Below are positions 8,849 to 18,655 of a stretch of 64,000 nt of DNA, in pieces. The notes below the pieces were generated by a model. The model was not told the origin of the DNA. It worked only from the letters and a program-made list of their open reading frames with translations, and searched no databases. The stretch lies in the NCBI GenBank assembly GCA_044223005.1, contig JBGAML010000001.1:1-64000 (forward strand), read 5' to 3'. Numbering within the stretch: position 1 is the stretch's first letter; every line of letters begins with the position of its first letter. A program made the position numbers and the translations under genes. The stretch is from Candidatus Eiseniibacteriota bacterium (GTDB taxonomy: Bacteria > Eisenbacteria > RBG-16-71-46).

Positions 8849-11563
8849 ATGCTCCGACAGGCGTCGTCCCGCCTGCGGAAGTCCTCCATCCTCCTTCTGC
8901 TCCTGCTCGCTCCGCACCCGGCCGGCGCCGCGGCCCCGAGGCTCTCCGCGCGCTATGCGGCCGTGGTGGCGCATTTCGACTCCACGGTGGGCTGCGCGCC
9001 GCGCGAGCGCGTGTGGGCGTGGCTCGACGCGATCGAGGCGGCGGCGCCCGCCGACAGCGAGCTGCGCGTCGTCACGCGCGCCCAGCGCGCGGCGCTCGCC
9101 ATGCAATGGGGCCAGTACGCCGAGGCCCGCCGGCTCTCGGCGCCGGCGCTCGCGCGAGCGCGCGCCACGCGCGATACGCTGCTGCTCTGCCGCGTGCTCG
9201 CGACGCGCGCCTCCGCGGACATGCTCGAACAGCGCACGACTGAGGCGCGCGCCGAAGCGGGCGAGCTGCTCGCGCTCGCTCGCGCGGCGCGCCGCCCGCG
9301 GCACGCCGCGCCCGCGCACCTCGCGCTCGCCTACATGGACCTGGTTGCGGGCCGCGCCGCGAACGCGGTGCGCGGGTATCGCGCGGCGCTGCGCGAGTAC
9401 TCGCCCACGCTCGACATCAATCCCCGCCGCATCGTGCGCATCGGGCTCGCGCGCGCGCTGTTCCAGCTCGGCCGGGCGGCGGAGGCGCAGCGAATCGACA
9501 TCGAGCTCGTGCGCGAGTCGCGCCACCTCGACGATCCGGTGGCGGAGGCCTACGCGCTCAACAACCTCGCCGTGCACCAGGAGCTGGCCGGCGACCCCGC
9601 GGGCGCGGCGCCCTGCTACCGGCGCGCGCTCGCGATCCAACAGCGGCTGGAGCGCTGGGACGAGGCGGCGACGACCGCGAGCAACTTGTCGCACGTGCTG
9701 CTGCAGTTCGGGCGCACCGAGGACGCCGCGGCCGTGCTGCAGGCCGTGGCCGATTCGGGCGGCGCGCGGATCCGGCGCGCGGGCCGGCTCGACGTGCTCG
9801 AGCAGCTGGCGCGCGTGCGCGTGGCGCAGCAGCGATTCGACGGCGCCGAGGGCGCGGCGGCCCGCGCGTGGGCGCTGTGCGATTCGCTGCACGTCGCGCC
9901 GTCGGGAACGCTCGCCGTGACACGCGCGCGGCTGCTGCACCAGCGCGGCCGCACCGCCGAGGCGCTGGCGCTGCTGGAGCACTGGCGCGAGACCACGCCG
10001 GATCGCAGCGTCGACCAGGTCGACGCCGTCATGGTGCGCGCGGCCACCGCGACGCTGCTCGACGCCTCGGGCCGGCCGCAGGAGGCACTGCAGCGCTGGA
10101 CCGAGGCGCGCGCCGCGATCGACACGGCCTCGGCGCGCGGCCGCGCGCGCCTCGTCTACGCGTGGCTCAACGAGTCGCTTTCCGCCGCGGCCGCGGGCCA
10201 GCGCGCTCGCGCGCACGCGTGCTTCGACGCCGCGCTCGCGCAGTGGGAGCGCGCGCGGAGCGGGCTCGGCACACCGGAGTGGCGCGAATCGCTGGAGATC
10301 TGGGACATGCGCACGTGGGGCTCGGCCTCCGGCGCGCGGGTCGCCGTGGCGCCCGCGGCCGGGCGCGACGCCGTGGTGCGCGAGGTCTTCGACCTGCTGC
10401 AGCACGTGAAGGGCCGCACGCTCGAAGAGCGCGCGGCCGGGCGCGCGGCGCCGCCCGTCACCGCCGACGCGCTGCAGCGGCGCGTGCTGCGCCCGGGCGA
10501 GCTCGCGCTCGACTTCTTCTACGCTCGCGACAGCCTGCTGGTGTTCGCGCTCACGCGCGACGCGCTGCGGCTCGAGGTGATCCACGGCATCGACGCGCTC
10601 GAGGGCCGCGCGGATCGGCTGGCGGGCCTCGCCGCCGATCCCGCACCCGCGGCGGCGCCCCTGCGCGAGGCCGCGGCGGCCGCGCTCGCGCGCGACCTGC
10701 TCGCGCCGTTCCGCGACCTGTTCGCGAACACGCGGCGCGTGATCGTGAGCGGCGGCGGCCTGGCCGACGCGCTGCCGTGGGCGCTGCTTCCGCTGCCGGG
10801 CGCCGCGGCCGCTGCGCGCGTGGACGTGGCCAGCGTGCCCTCGCTCTCGACGCTCGCGCGGCTGCGCACGCGCGCCGGCGCCGGCGCGCCGCACGGTCTG
10901 CTCGTACTCGCGAACCCGGCGGGCCCCGGCGGCGCTCGCCTCGCGGGCGTCGAGCGCGAGCGCGCGTGGCTCGCGGCCCGCTACGCCGGCACCGACGCGC
11001 GCACGCCGCGCGACGGCGCCTCGGTGCGCGCGTCGCTCGCGGCGATGCCGGCCGCGGCGGCGATCCACGTCGCGGCGCACGTCGCCGACGACGCGGACGA
11101 CCCGTGGCATTGCGGCGTGCTGCTGGGCGACCCGCGCCGCGACGACGCGTGGGTGCGCGCCCCCGCGATCGCGGCGCTGCGCCTGCGCGCGGACCTGGTC
11201 GTGCTCGCCGGCTGCTCGTCGGCGCAGGCGGGCGACAACATGCTCACGGGCGCGCAGGGCCTCGCGACCGCGTTCGTCGCCGCCGGCGCGGGCACGGTGA
11301 TCGGCACGCGCTGGCCCGTCTCCGACGCGGCCACGGCAGAGTTCGTCCCGAGCTTCTACCGCGCGCTCGACGACGGCCTCGACGTGGGCGCGGCGCTGGC
11401 GCGGGCGCGCGATGAAATGAGAACATCCGAGCACTGGAACAGCCCGGCCCACTGGGCGGGGTTCGTGGTGCTCGGCGACCCGGCCGTCCGCATTCGACTG
11501 CCACGGCGGGGGTTGCCCGGGTGGCCGGTGCCGGCGTCGGCCGCCACTCCCACCGGCCGGTGA
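8849..11563 (+). CDS. TPR-repeat CHAT-domain (caspase-like) protein with N-terminal signal-like segment
   Basis: TPR-like AYALNNLA and ASNLS helices; CHAT motifs IHVAAH, LVVLAGCSS, GLATAFVAAGA..VIGTRWPVSD, PAHWAGFVVLG. Confidence 0.88.
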   Translation: MLRQASSRLRKSSILLLLLLAPHPAGAAAPRLSARYAAVVAHFDSTVGCAPRERVWAWLDAIEAAAPADSELRVVTRAQRAALAMQWGQYAEARRLSAPALARARATRDTLLLCRVLATRASADMLEQRTTEARAEAGELLALARAARRPRHAAPAHLALAYMDLVAGRAANAVRGYRAALREYSPTLDINPRRIVRIGLARALFQLGRAAEAQRIDIELVRESRHLDDPVAEAYALNNLAVHQELAGDPAGAAPCYRRALAIQQRLERWDEAATTASNLSHVLLQFGRTEDAAAVLQAVADSGGARIRRAGRLDVLEQLARVRVAQQRFDGAEGAAARAWALCDSLHVAPSGTLAVTRARLLHQRGRTAEALALLEHWRETTPDRSVDQVDAVMVRAATATLLDASGRPQEALQRWTEARAAIDTASARGRARLVYAWLNESLSAAAAGQRARAHACFDAALAQWERARSGLGTPEWRESLEIWDMRTWGSASGARVAVAPAAGRDAVVREVFDLLQHVKGRTLEERAAGRAAPPVTADALQRRVLRPGELALDFFYARDSLLVFALTRDALRLEVIHGIDALEGRADRLAGLAADPAPAAAPLREAAAAALARDLLAPFRDLFANTRRVIVSGGGLADALPWALLPLPGAAAAARVDVASVPSLSTLARLRTRAGAGAPHGLLVLANPAGPGGARLAGVERERAWLAARYAGTDARTPRDGASVRASLAAMPAAAAIHVAAHVADDADDPWHCGVLLGDPRRDDAWVRAPAIAALRLRADLVVLAGCSSAQAGDNMLTGAQGLATAFVAAGAGTVIGTRWPVSDAATAEFVPSFYRALDDGLDVGAALARARDEMRTSEHWNSPAHWAGFVVLGDPAVRIRLPRRGLPGWPVPASAATPTGR

Positions 11564-11591
11564 CGGTTTCGCGAACCGGAGGTCCAATCGC

Positions 11592-12188
11592 ATGGAACGG
11601 GACGACCTGGCGGCGCTCGACGACGACGCGCTGGTCGCCACGTTCCAGCAGGACCCGGGCTCGGAGGCCGGGCGCCGCGCCGCGGAAACGCTGCTGCTCC
11701 GCTGGCGCGAGCGCATCTACCTCTGGTGCCATGGCATCCTGCGCGACCGCGAGCTGGCACTCGACGTGACGCAGGAGTGCCTCGTGCGGGCCTGGCGCGG
11801 CCTGCCCGAGTTCGGTTCGCGGGCCGCGGTATCGTCGTGGTTGTTCGCGATCGCGCGCAACCGCTGCCGGAGCGCGCTGCGCCGGCGGCCGCTGCGCCGC
11901 GATCCCGATGTGGACATGGAGGAGCTGGACGGGCTGCGCACCGCACCGGACGACGCGTTCGCGCAGCGCGAGGACCTGCGGCGGGTGCTGCGGGCGATGG
12001 AATCGGCGCTGGACCCGCTCGAGCGGCGGGCCCTGTGGCTGCGGGCGTACGAGGGGTTGCACGTGGACGAGATCACCCGCGTGCTGGAGCTGGACGCGAC
12101 ATCCGGCGCGCGCGGCGTGCTGCAGTCGGCACGGCGCAAGCTGCGCGCGGCGTTGGGAACGGAATCGAGCGGAGGCCACACGCCATGA
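11592..12188 (+). CDS. ECF RNA polymerase sigma factor
   Basis: DVTQE, SSWLFAIARNRC (region 2); ALWLRAYEGLHVDEI...ARRKLR (region 4). Confidence 0.92.
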   Translation: MERDDLAALDDDALVATFQQDPGSEAGRRAAETLLLRWRERIYLWCHGILRDRELALDVTQECLVRAWRGLPEFGSRAAVSSWLFAIARNRCRSALRRRPLRRDPDVDMEELDGLRTAPDDAFAQREDLRRVLRAMESALDPLERRALWLRAYEGLHVDEITRVLELDATSGARGVLQSARRKLRAALGTESSGGHTP

Positions 12189-12913
12189 GCGACACCTGCG
12201 TCCCGATCGAAGAACTGGGACGGATCGCCAAGCTGCCCAAGGGGCATCCCGAGCGCGCGCACGTGGACGGTTGCACGCGCTGCCTGTCACTGGTCGCCAT
12301 GCTGCGCGACTTCGAGGATCCGCCGGCGCGCGCGGCCGATACCGGCCTCGCGCAGGCCGACCCAAAGCTGCGCGCGACGATCTCGGCGCTCGCCTCGGTG
12401 CCCGACGCCGGGCTCGCGCCGGCTCCGGCGCCCGAGCCCGTGCGCGAGACGCGTCGCGTCGATCGGCCGGCGCCGGTCCCGGAACGCCGGCGCGGATCGT
12501 TCTTCGGCTCGCCCGCGCTCGCGTGGGGGTTCGCGCTGCTGCTCGCGGTCGGCGTGGGCGGCACGTGGCTCTGGCGCACGCGCACCGCGACGCACGACAC
12601 GCTGCGCGCGGCGCCGGGCGCGCCCGGCTCGGCGGCGACGTTCGCGGCCGAGACCAACCGCGTGAGCCCGGGCGCGGTGATGATCACGTGGACGCCCGTG
12701 CTGGGCGCGACGCACTACCGCGTCGTGTTCCTCGACGCGACGCTCGGCGTGGCTGCGCGCTCGCCCGAGGTGGAGGGCACCGAGTGGGCGCTGCGTTCGG
12801 ACCCGCTGCCGATCGGGCTGCGCTCGGGCGCGAACGTCGGTTTCCAGGTCGAGGCGCTCGCGGGCTCGGACAAGCTCGCGACGACGCCGGTGCGCACGGT
12901 CGAGGTGCCCTGA
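12185..12913 (+). CDS. putative zinc-binding transmembrane anti-sigma factor
   Basis: ATGA overlap with the sigma gene; HVDGCTRC (HxxxCxxC); single TM AWGFALLLAVGVGGTWLW; beta-rich FN3-like C-terminus. Confidence 0.8.
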   Translation: MSDTCVPIEELGRIAKLPKGHPERAHVDGCTRCLSLVAMLRDFEDPPARAADTGLAQADPKLRATISALASVPDAGLAPAPAPEPVRETRRVDRPAPVPERRRGSFFGSPALAWGFALLLAVGVGGTWLWRTRTATHDTLRAAPGAPGSAATFAAETNRVSPGAVMITWTPVLGATHYRVVFLDATLGVAARSPEVEGTEWALRSDPLPIGLRSGANVGFQVEALAGSDKLATTPVRTVEVP

Positions 12914-12956
12914 CGCACGCGGGGCACGAACGCGACTCCCCACGGCGGGGCGCCGG

Positions 12957-13328
12957 TCACACCGGAGGCGCCCCGCCTGCCTTTTCCAGCCGCAGCCGGA
13001 ACGTGCGTTCGCCCGCGGGCTCGAACACGATCGTGTCGCCGGGCTCGAGCCCGCGTTCGCGGCACCACTTCATCATGCCGGTCGTGCGCGGCGAGCGCGG
13101 GCGGAACACCCACGTGCCGTACTGGATGTCGGTCTCGAACGACCAGCCGAGATCGGTCTCGATCGTGACCGGCTTCACCTCGTAGGGCCGCGGCGCGTCG
13201 GCGGGACCGCGCGGGCCGATCGCGTCCGTGGGGAAGCACTCGAGCACGTCCCAGAGCGGGACGTTGCGCTGCGTGAACGTCCACACGTCCTCGGGACCGC
13301 GCACCGGAATGCGCGCGGTCCCGCTCAT
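12957..13328 (-). CDS. hypothetical protein (123 aa)
   Basis: GGAGG RBS; globular composition; KWCRERGLEPGDTIVFE motif. Confidence 0.7.
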   Translation of the reverse strand: MSGTARIPVRGPEDVWTFTQRNVPLWDVLECFPTDAIGPRGPADAPRPYEVKPVTIETDLGWSFETDIQYGTWVFRPRSPRTTGMMKWCRERGLEPGDTIVFEPAGERTFRLRLEKAGGAPPV

Positions 13329-13344
13329 GCCGCGTCCCTCCCGG

Positions 13345-13704
13345 TCAGGCGGGACGCGGCGAACGCCGCGCGAGCAGCCCCGCGGCGAGCGAGGCGACCG
13401 CGGCGAGCAGGAACGGTGAGCCGTGCACGGCGCCGTGGCCGCGCGTCGCGAGCAGGAACCCGGCCCAGCCCACGAGCGTGGTCAGGCCGCCATCCAGCGG
13501 ATGGCGCGTGCTCACCGCGAGCCCGAGCATCATCACGAAAAAGCACGCGGATTCGAGCGGCTGCGTCTGCAGCGAGTACGCGGTGGGAAGTCCCTGGCCC
13601 ATCAGGAACACGATGGCGCCGAGGAGCACGAGTGCACTCGTCGCGCGTGCGGCGCGGCCGAGTCGCGAACCCGTGGGGCGGGATTCGGACATGGCGATCG
13701 TCAT
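13345..13704 (-). CDS. small membrane protein (about 4 TM)
   Basis: Four hydrophobic segments; same strand as neighbours; start uncertain. Confidence 0.6.
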   Translation of the reverse strand: MTIAMSESRPTGSRLGRAARATSALVLLGAIVFLMGQGLPTAYSLQTQPLESACFFVMMLGLAVSTRHPLDGGLTTLVGWAGFLLATRGHGAVHGSPFLLAAVASLAAGLLARRSPRPA

Positions 13705-13814
13705 GGAGGCCTCCGAGGATGGAGTCGGCGCCCAACGGCCTCCTTGCCCCGCCGAATGCGCGCAGACTAGCACTCCCTCCAACGATCTCCAGCCGGAAAA
13801 CGCACGCGAAAAGC

Positions 13815-16037
13815 TCAGGGCCGCGGCGGAGCGGCATCTCCGGGCCCTCCGAGTTCACGCTGGAAGAACTCCGCCATGCGCCCGTAAACCTGTCTCACTT
13901 GGGCGGCTTCGATCGGGCCGTGGGTCTGGCCGGGCAGCGGCAGGAACGACCAGCTCCGGCCGGCCCGGTTCAGGGCGTCGGCGAGCTTGAGGCTGTTGAA
14001 GAAGTAGACGTTGTCGTCCGCGGTGCCGTGGATCACGAGCAGCGGCCGCACGAGGTCCGCGGCGTACGTGAGCGGCGAACTGCGCGCGTACGCGAGCGAA
14101 TCCTCCGCGGGCAGGCCGAGGTAGCGCTCGGTGTAGAACGTGTCGTAGTCGCGCCAGTCGACGACCGGCGCGCCGGCGACGGCCGCGCGATAGAGCGACG
14201 GCTCGCGCTCGACCGCGAACACCGCGAACGTGCCGCCGAACGACCAGCCCGTGGCGCCGACGCGATCGGGATCGAGCTGCGGGTAGCGCGGGCACAGCGC
14301 GCGCACGCCCTGCACGTGGTCGGCGAGTGCGCGTGCGACGAGGTCGCCGCGGATCGCGCGCTCCCAGGTGCGGCCGCGGCGCGGCGTGCCGCGGCCGTCG
14401 ACGCACACCACCACGAAGCCCTGGTCGGCGAGCCACTGTTCGAGCACGTACGCGGCCGCCACGCGCGTCACCTGGCAGTAGTGCGGGCCGCCGTACGCCC
14501 ACTCGACCACCGGGTAGCGCCGGCGCGGATCGAAGTCGCGCGGCCGCACGATGCACGCGTTCAGCGAATCCGCGCCCACGCGCACGTACTCGACCGGCGG
14601 CAGCTCGCCCGGGCTCTCGGCGAGCGAGCGCACGATGGCGAGCATGCGGCCGTCGCCGTCCTCGAGCGACCAGCGCGCGATGCCGCGCACGGGGCGCAGC
14701 GCGCGCACGTGCATCGAGCCGGACTCGGCGAACGTGGCGGTCTCCTCGCCCACGTCGGCGCCCATGCGCTTCGGCGCACCCCGGCCCGCGAGCGGCACGC
14801 GCCAGAGGTGCGACTCGAGCGGATCGTCGCTCGCGATCACCCACGCCACGCCCTTCGGCTCGTCGACCGCGACCAGCTGCAGCACGCGCAGGCCGGGCGG
14901 CGTGAGCCGCACGGGCGGCGCGCCGTCGGTGCGCCGCTCGAGCCACGGGCCGGAGTCGTCGCGCTCGGCGATCCACAGCAACGAGCGGCCCCCGGCCAGC
15001 GCGCGCGGCGAGCCCGCGGACAGGTTGAGCCAGAGCGAATCGGTCTCGGTGAACCGCACGCGCGTCGCGCCGGTCGCCGCGTCCACCGCGAGCACGGCCG
15101 CCTCGTGCTGGCCGCGGTCCATCACCACCAGCACCGGCGCGCCGCCCGCGGGCCAGAGCGCGCGGCAGAGGTACGGCCAGCGCGCGCGGTCCCACGTCAC
15201 GTCGACGCGCTCGCCCGCGCCGTCCGCGGGCAGGATCGCGAGCCGCACGTCCGCGTTGGTGCGGCCCGGGCGCGGATACGCCCACTCCTGTAGCGGCGCC
15301 TCGGGGTGCGCGGGGTCCGAGATGCGCAACGTCTCGACGTGCGATTCGTCGGTGCGCTGCACCAGCAGGCGCTTCGCGTCGGGTGACCACCACCAGCCCT
15401 CGAAGCGGCCCATCTCCTCCTGCGCCACGAACTCCGCGCGGCCCCACGTGACGCCCGCGCCCTCGTGCGCCACCACCACGCGCTCGGCGCCGGTCGCGAG
15501 ATCGATCGCGCAGAGGTCGCCGCCGCGCAGGCAGGCCACGCGGGCGCCTTCGGGCGAGAAGCGCGCGTCCTCGGCGGGCGGCGCGCCCGGCGAGAGCTCG
15601 CGCACCGCGCCGCTCGCGCGCTCGAGCACGAACAACCGCCCGGAGAGCGGGACCAGCACGCGCGCGCCGTCGCGCGAGAGCTCGAACCCGGCGATGCCGC
15701 GCGCCGAAAGCCGCATGCGCTCGCGGCGGGCGCGCTCCTCGGGGGTGAGCGCCTCCTGCGCTCCGGCGAGCAGTTGCGCGGCCGTGAGCAGCACGCGCTC
15801 GCGGCCGGTCGCGACGTCGAGCGACCAGAGGTCGTTGACGCGATCGCGCGGGCCCGAGCGCAGGAACAGCACCTCGCGCCCGCCCGGCACGATCGCGAAC
15901 GCGCGCGGGCTGCCCGAGCGGAAGCGGTCGGTGGCGCTGTAGCGTTCGAGCAGGCCTTCCTCGGCGCGGGCGGGCACGGGCAGGACGATGCGCGCGGCGA
16001 GCGCGAGGCCGAGCACCGTGGCGGGAATGCGACGCAT
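13815..16037 (-). CDS. S9B dipeptidyl-peptidase IV family peptidase, exported
   Basis: Signal peptide; AQEEM; YGGP; GWSFGG nucleophile; YTERYLG; HGTADDNV; GGAGGAG RBS. Confidence 0.94.
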   Translation of the reverse strand: MRRIPATVLGLALAARIVLPVPARAEEGLLERYSATDRFRSGSPRAFAIVPGGREVLFLRSGPRDRVNDLWSLDVATGRERVLLTAAQLLAGAQEALTPEERARRERMRLSARGIAGFELSRDGARVLVPLSGRLFVLERASGAVRELSPGAPPAEDARFSPEGARVACLRGGDLCAIDLATGAERVVVAHEGAGVTWGRAEFVAQEEMGRFEGWWWSPDAKRLLVQRTDESHVETLRISDPAHPEAPLQEWAYPRPGRTNADVRLAILPADGAGERVDVTWDRARWPYLCRALWPAGGAPVLVVMDRGQHEAAVLAVDAATGATRVRFTETDSLWLNLSAGSPRALAGGRSLLWIAERDDSGPWLERRTDGAPPVRLTPPGLRVLQLVAVDEPKGVAWVIASDDPLESHLWRVPLAGRGAPKRMGADVGEETATFAESGSMHVRALRPVRGIARWSLEDGDGRMLAIVRSLAESPGELPPVEYVRVGADSLNACIVRPRDFDPRRRYPVVEWAYGGPHYCQVTRVAAAYVLEQWLADQGFVVVCVDGRGTPRRGRTWERAIRGDLVARALADHVQGVRALCPRYPQLDPDRVGATGWSFGGTFAVFAVEREPSLYRAAVAGAPVVDWRDYDTFYTERYLGLPAEDSLAYARSSPLTYAADLVRPLLVIHGTADDNVYFFNSLKLADALNRAGRSWSFLPLPGQTHGPIEAAQVRQVYGRMAEFFQRELGGPGDAAPPRP

Positions 16038-16051
16038 GTGGGCTCCTCCGG

Positions 16052-16672
16052 TCAGCCGAGCGTTTCGCCGGTCGCGCGCGAGACGCGCGGACGCGGCACC
16101 TTGGCCAGTTCGCGGAACGGCATGTAGAACTCGCCGCCCATGCGGCCCACCGGTTGCAGCTTGGTCGCGTCCACGCGTCCGTCGGTGAGCACGCCGTCGT
16201 CCACGTGCGCCCCCAGCACGCGGCCGACGACGAACGTCGTGCCGCCGAACGGGATCTCGCGCTCGAGCCGGCACGCGAGATGGATCGGCGCCTCCGCGAC
16301 GCATGGCGCGGCGACGCCCGCCGCGGGCGCCGGCGTGACGCGCGCCCGCTCGAACTCGCTCGTGCCGCGCGGCCAGTCGCCCGCGCTGGTCACCATCGCA
16401 TCCAGCAGCGGCTCGCTCACGACGTTGATCACGAACTCGCCGCTCTCGCGGATGTTGCGCAGCGTGTCCTTGGGATCACCCTCGCGCTCGAGGATCGCGA
16501 TCCCGACCAGAGGCGGCGCGCTCGAGAGCGGCACGAAGTACGAGAACGGCGCGAGGTTCGTGCCGCCGCCGGCATCGCGCGTCGACACCCACGCGATCGG
16601 CCGCGGCACCACCGCGGAGATCATGAAGCGGTAGACGTCGGTCGCGGCCAGCGCGGAGAAGTCGAGATCCAT
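16052..16672 (-). CDS. flavin reductase family protein
   Basis: VVPRPIAWVST, NLAPFSYF, KDTLRNIRESGEFVIN. Confidence 0.92.
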   Translation of the reverse strand: MDLDFSALAATDVYRFMISAVVPRPIAWVSTRDAGGGTNLAPFSYFVPLSSAPPLVGIAILEREGDPKDTLRNIRESGEFVINVVSEPLLDAMVTSAGDWPRGTSEFERARVTPAPAAGVAAPCVAEAPIHLACRLEREIPFGGTTFVVGRVLGAHVDDGVLTDGRVDATKLQPVGRMGGEFYMPFRELAKVPRPRVSRATGETLG

Positions 16673-16791
16673 GGCGTCGGGTCCGGGTTCGCCGCCGCGA
16701 ACGCGGCGCCGGCGCGGGTGCGCGCGCGCAGCCTGCCCCCTGCACGCGAGCCACGCAAGACCGCCCCGACGAACGCCGCCGCGGAAACGCC

Positions 16792-16822
16792 GACGGCCCT
16801 CCCGGTCGCAGGGAGGGCCGTC
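16792..16822. terminator. GC-rich hairpin after the beta-barrel gene
   Basis: gacggccctccc-ggtcgca-gggagggccgtc. Confidence 0.5.
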
Positions 16823-16843
16823 GATGCGGACGTGGTGGTCGCG

Positions 16844-17521
16844 TCAGCTCGCGTCGCGCCAGTTGCGGCGCAGGCCCACGGTGAGCTGGACGTCGCGGTT
16901 CTTCACCGCGCCTCCGGTCGAGCCCGGCCGCATGATGTCCATCATGCCCTGCGTGTAGCGGCCCTCGACCGACCACGTGCCGAGGCGGGTGTCCGCCTCG
17001 AGCCCGGCCCCGCCCGTCACGCCCCAGTCGAAACGGCGAAACGTGTCCTCGGCGATGCCCTCGTGAGACCAGCCCTTCTCGTGGACCCACCAGCGCTGAC
17101 CCGTCTTGATCGAGAGCGTGGGTCCCGCCAGCACCAGCGGACGGATCGCACCGCGCGGGCTCGTGATCCGGAGCAGCACCGGGAACTGCAGGTAATCGGC
17201 GTCGTAGCGGACGTGGAGGTCGCCGATCGGCACCCAGCCACCGAACCCGTCCGACACTTCGATCGGCTGCAGGCCGAGGTCGCCGCCACGGCCGACGAAG
17301 CCGGCGCCGATCTCGAACGACACGCCCGGCAGCACCGGGTACGAGCCTTCGACGGCGAGCGCGAGCCGCTGCGCGTCCGTGCTCGGCCAGAAGTCGCCGG
17401 TGAGGCGGGCCTCGGTGATCCCGGCGTGCGTCACGATGGACGCGGGACGCAGGTCGAGCGCGGCGGCCGGAGCCGCCAGCAGCGCGAACAACGCGATGGA
17501 CAGGACGAAGCGGGAAGACAT
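16844..17521 (-). CDS. outer-membrane beta-barrel (PorT/OMP_b-brl-like) protein
   Basis: Signal peptide; DYLQFPVLLR, LAGPTLS, FDWGVTGGAG, VEGRYTQG, NRDVQLTVG strand pattern. Confidence 0.8.
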   Translation of the reverse strand: MSSRFVLSIALFALLAAPAAALDLRPASIVTHAGITEARLTGDFWPSTDAQRLALAVEGSYPVLPGVSFEIGAGFVGRGGDLGLQPIEVSDGFGGWVPIGDLHVRYDADYLQFPVLLRITSPRGAIRPLVLAGPTLSIKTGQRWWVHEKGWSHEGIAEDTFRRFDWGVTGGAGLEADTRLGTWSVEGRYTQGMMDIMRPGSTGGAVKNRDVQLTVGLRRNWRDAS

Positions 17522-17764
17522 GGGATTCTCCTCGAACGGAAACCGTGGGTCGTGTGGATTTTCGAGCCGACCCTCTCGTTATCGACATTTCCCGGTGACT
17601 TGCCTGCGAAATCCCGGTTTCCGTGCGCTTTTCCCGTGCGGGCACCCACGAGTGAACGCTCGCCCCGCAAGCCGCGCATCCACCGCGCTTTGAGGTTATC
17701 TTGGGAAAGCGTGCCCCGTGCGCCGTGCCGGGGCGGTCGGGATCGTGACGTTCGGGAGGAAGCC

Positions 17765-18655
17765 GTGGAATTCCGCAAGATCGGCATCGTGGGAGGCGGG
17801 CTGCTGGGGCGGTCCCTGGCGCAGAAAGTCGCGTCGTGCGGCATCGACGTGAACCTGCTCGAGGTGTCGGAGGAACGTGCCGCCGCGTCGCGCGAGGAGC
17901 TGGTCGGGAACCTCGACGACGAACTCGGCAAGTGGGGCATCACGGCGTCCGAGAAGAAGGCGATCCTCTCCCGCATTCGCTTCACGATCGACGCGACCAC
18001 GCTCGCGGACAGCGACCTGCTGGTCGAAGCCGTGTCCGAGGACCTGCCGCTCAAGCAGGCGGTCATGCTGCGCATGGACGCGATCTGCCCGCCCGAGACC
18101 ATCTTCATCACCTCGACCTCGACGCTGAGCGTCACCGAGATCGGCGCCGCTTCGGGCCGCGCCGACCGCGTGGTCGGCATGCACTTCATGCACCCGGTCA
18201 CCAGCAGCCCGATCGTCGAGATGGTGCGCGGCACCGACACGTCGGACGCCACGTTCCAGCGCGCCGAGGCGTTCGCCGCGACGCTCGACAAGACCGTGAT
18301 CCAGGTCTTCGAGTACCCCGGCTACGTGGTCACGCGCGCGATCCTGCCGTTCGTGAACGAGGCGATGTACATCGTCATGGAAGGCGTCGCGAACGCCGAG
18401 GACGTCGATCTCGCGCTCAAGCTCGGCTACGAGTTCAAGATGGGCCCCCTCGAGTACGCCGACCGCGTCGGCCTCGACACGATGCTCGGCTGGATGGAGC
18501 ACCTCTTCCACGAGCTCGGCGACTTCAAGTACCGGCCGTGCCCGCTGCTGCGCCAGATGGTGCGCGCTGGCCGGCTCGGGCGGAAGACCGGGCGCGGGTT
18601 CCACGTCTACGACGGCAACACGCGGGTGCGCGGCCCGAAGGAGGCGCGGCGATGA
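17765..18655 (+). CDS. 3-hydroxyacyl(butyryl)-CoA dehydrogenase
   Basis: VGGGLLG Rossmann motif, EAVSE, STLS, GMHFMHP, MGPL..AD.VGLD, GRLGRKTGRGF; GGAGG RBS before the GTG. Confidence 0.92.
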   Translation: MEFRKIGIVGGGLLGRSLAQKVASCGIDVNLLEVSEERAAASREELVGNLDDELGKWGITASEKKAILSRIRFTIDATTLADSDLLVEAVSEDLPLKQAVMLRMDAICPPETIFITSTSTLSVTEIGAASGRADRVVGMHFMHPVTSSPIVEMVRGTDTSDATFQRAEAFAATLDKTVIQVFEYPGYVVTRAILPFVNEAMYIVMEGVANAEDVDLALKLGYEFKMGPLEYADRVGLDTMLGWMEHLFHELGDFKYRPCPLLRQMVRAGRLGRKTGRGFHVYDGNTRVRGPKEARR

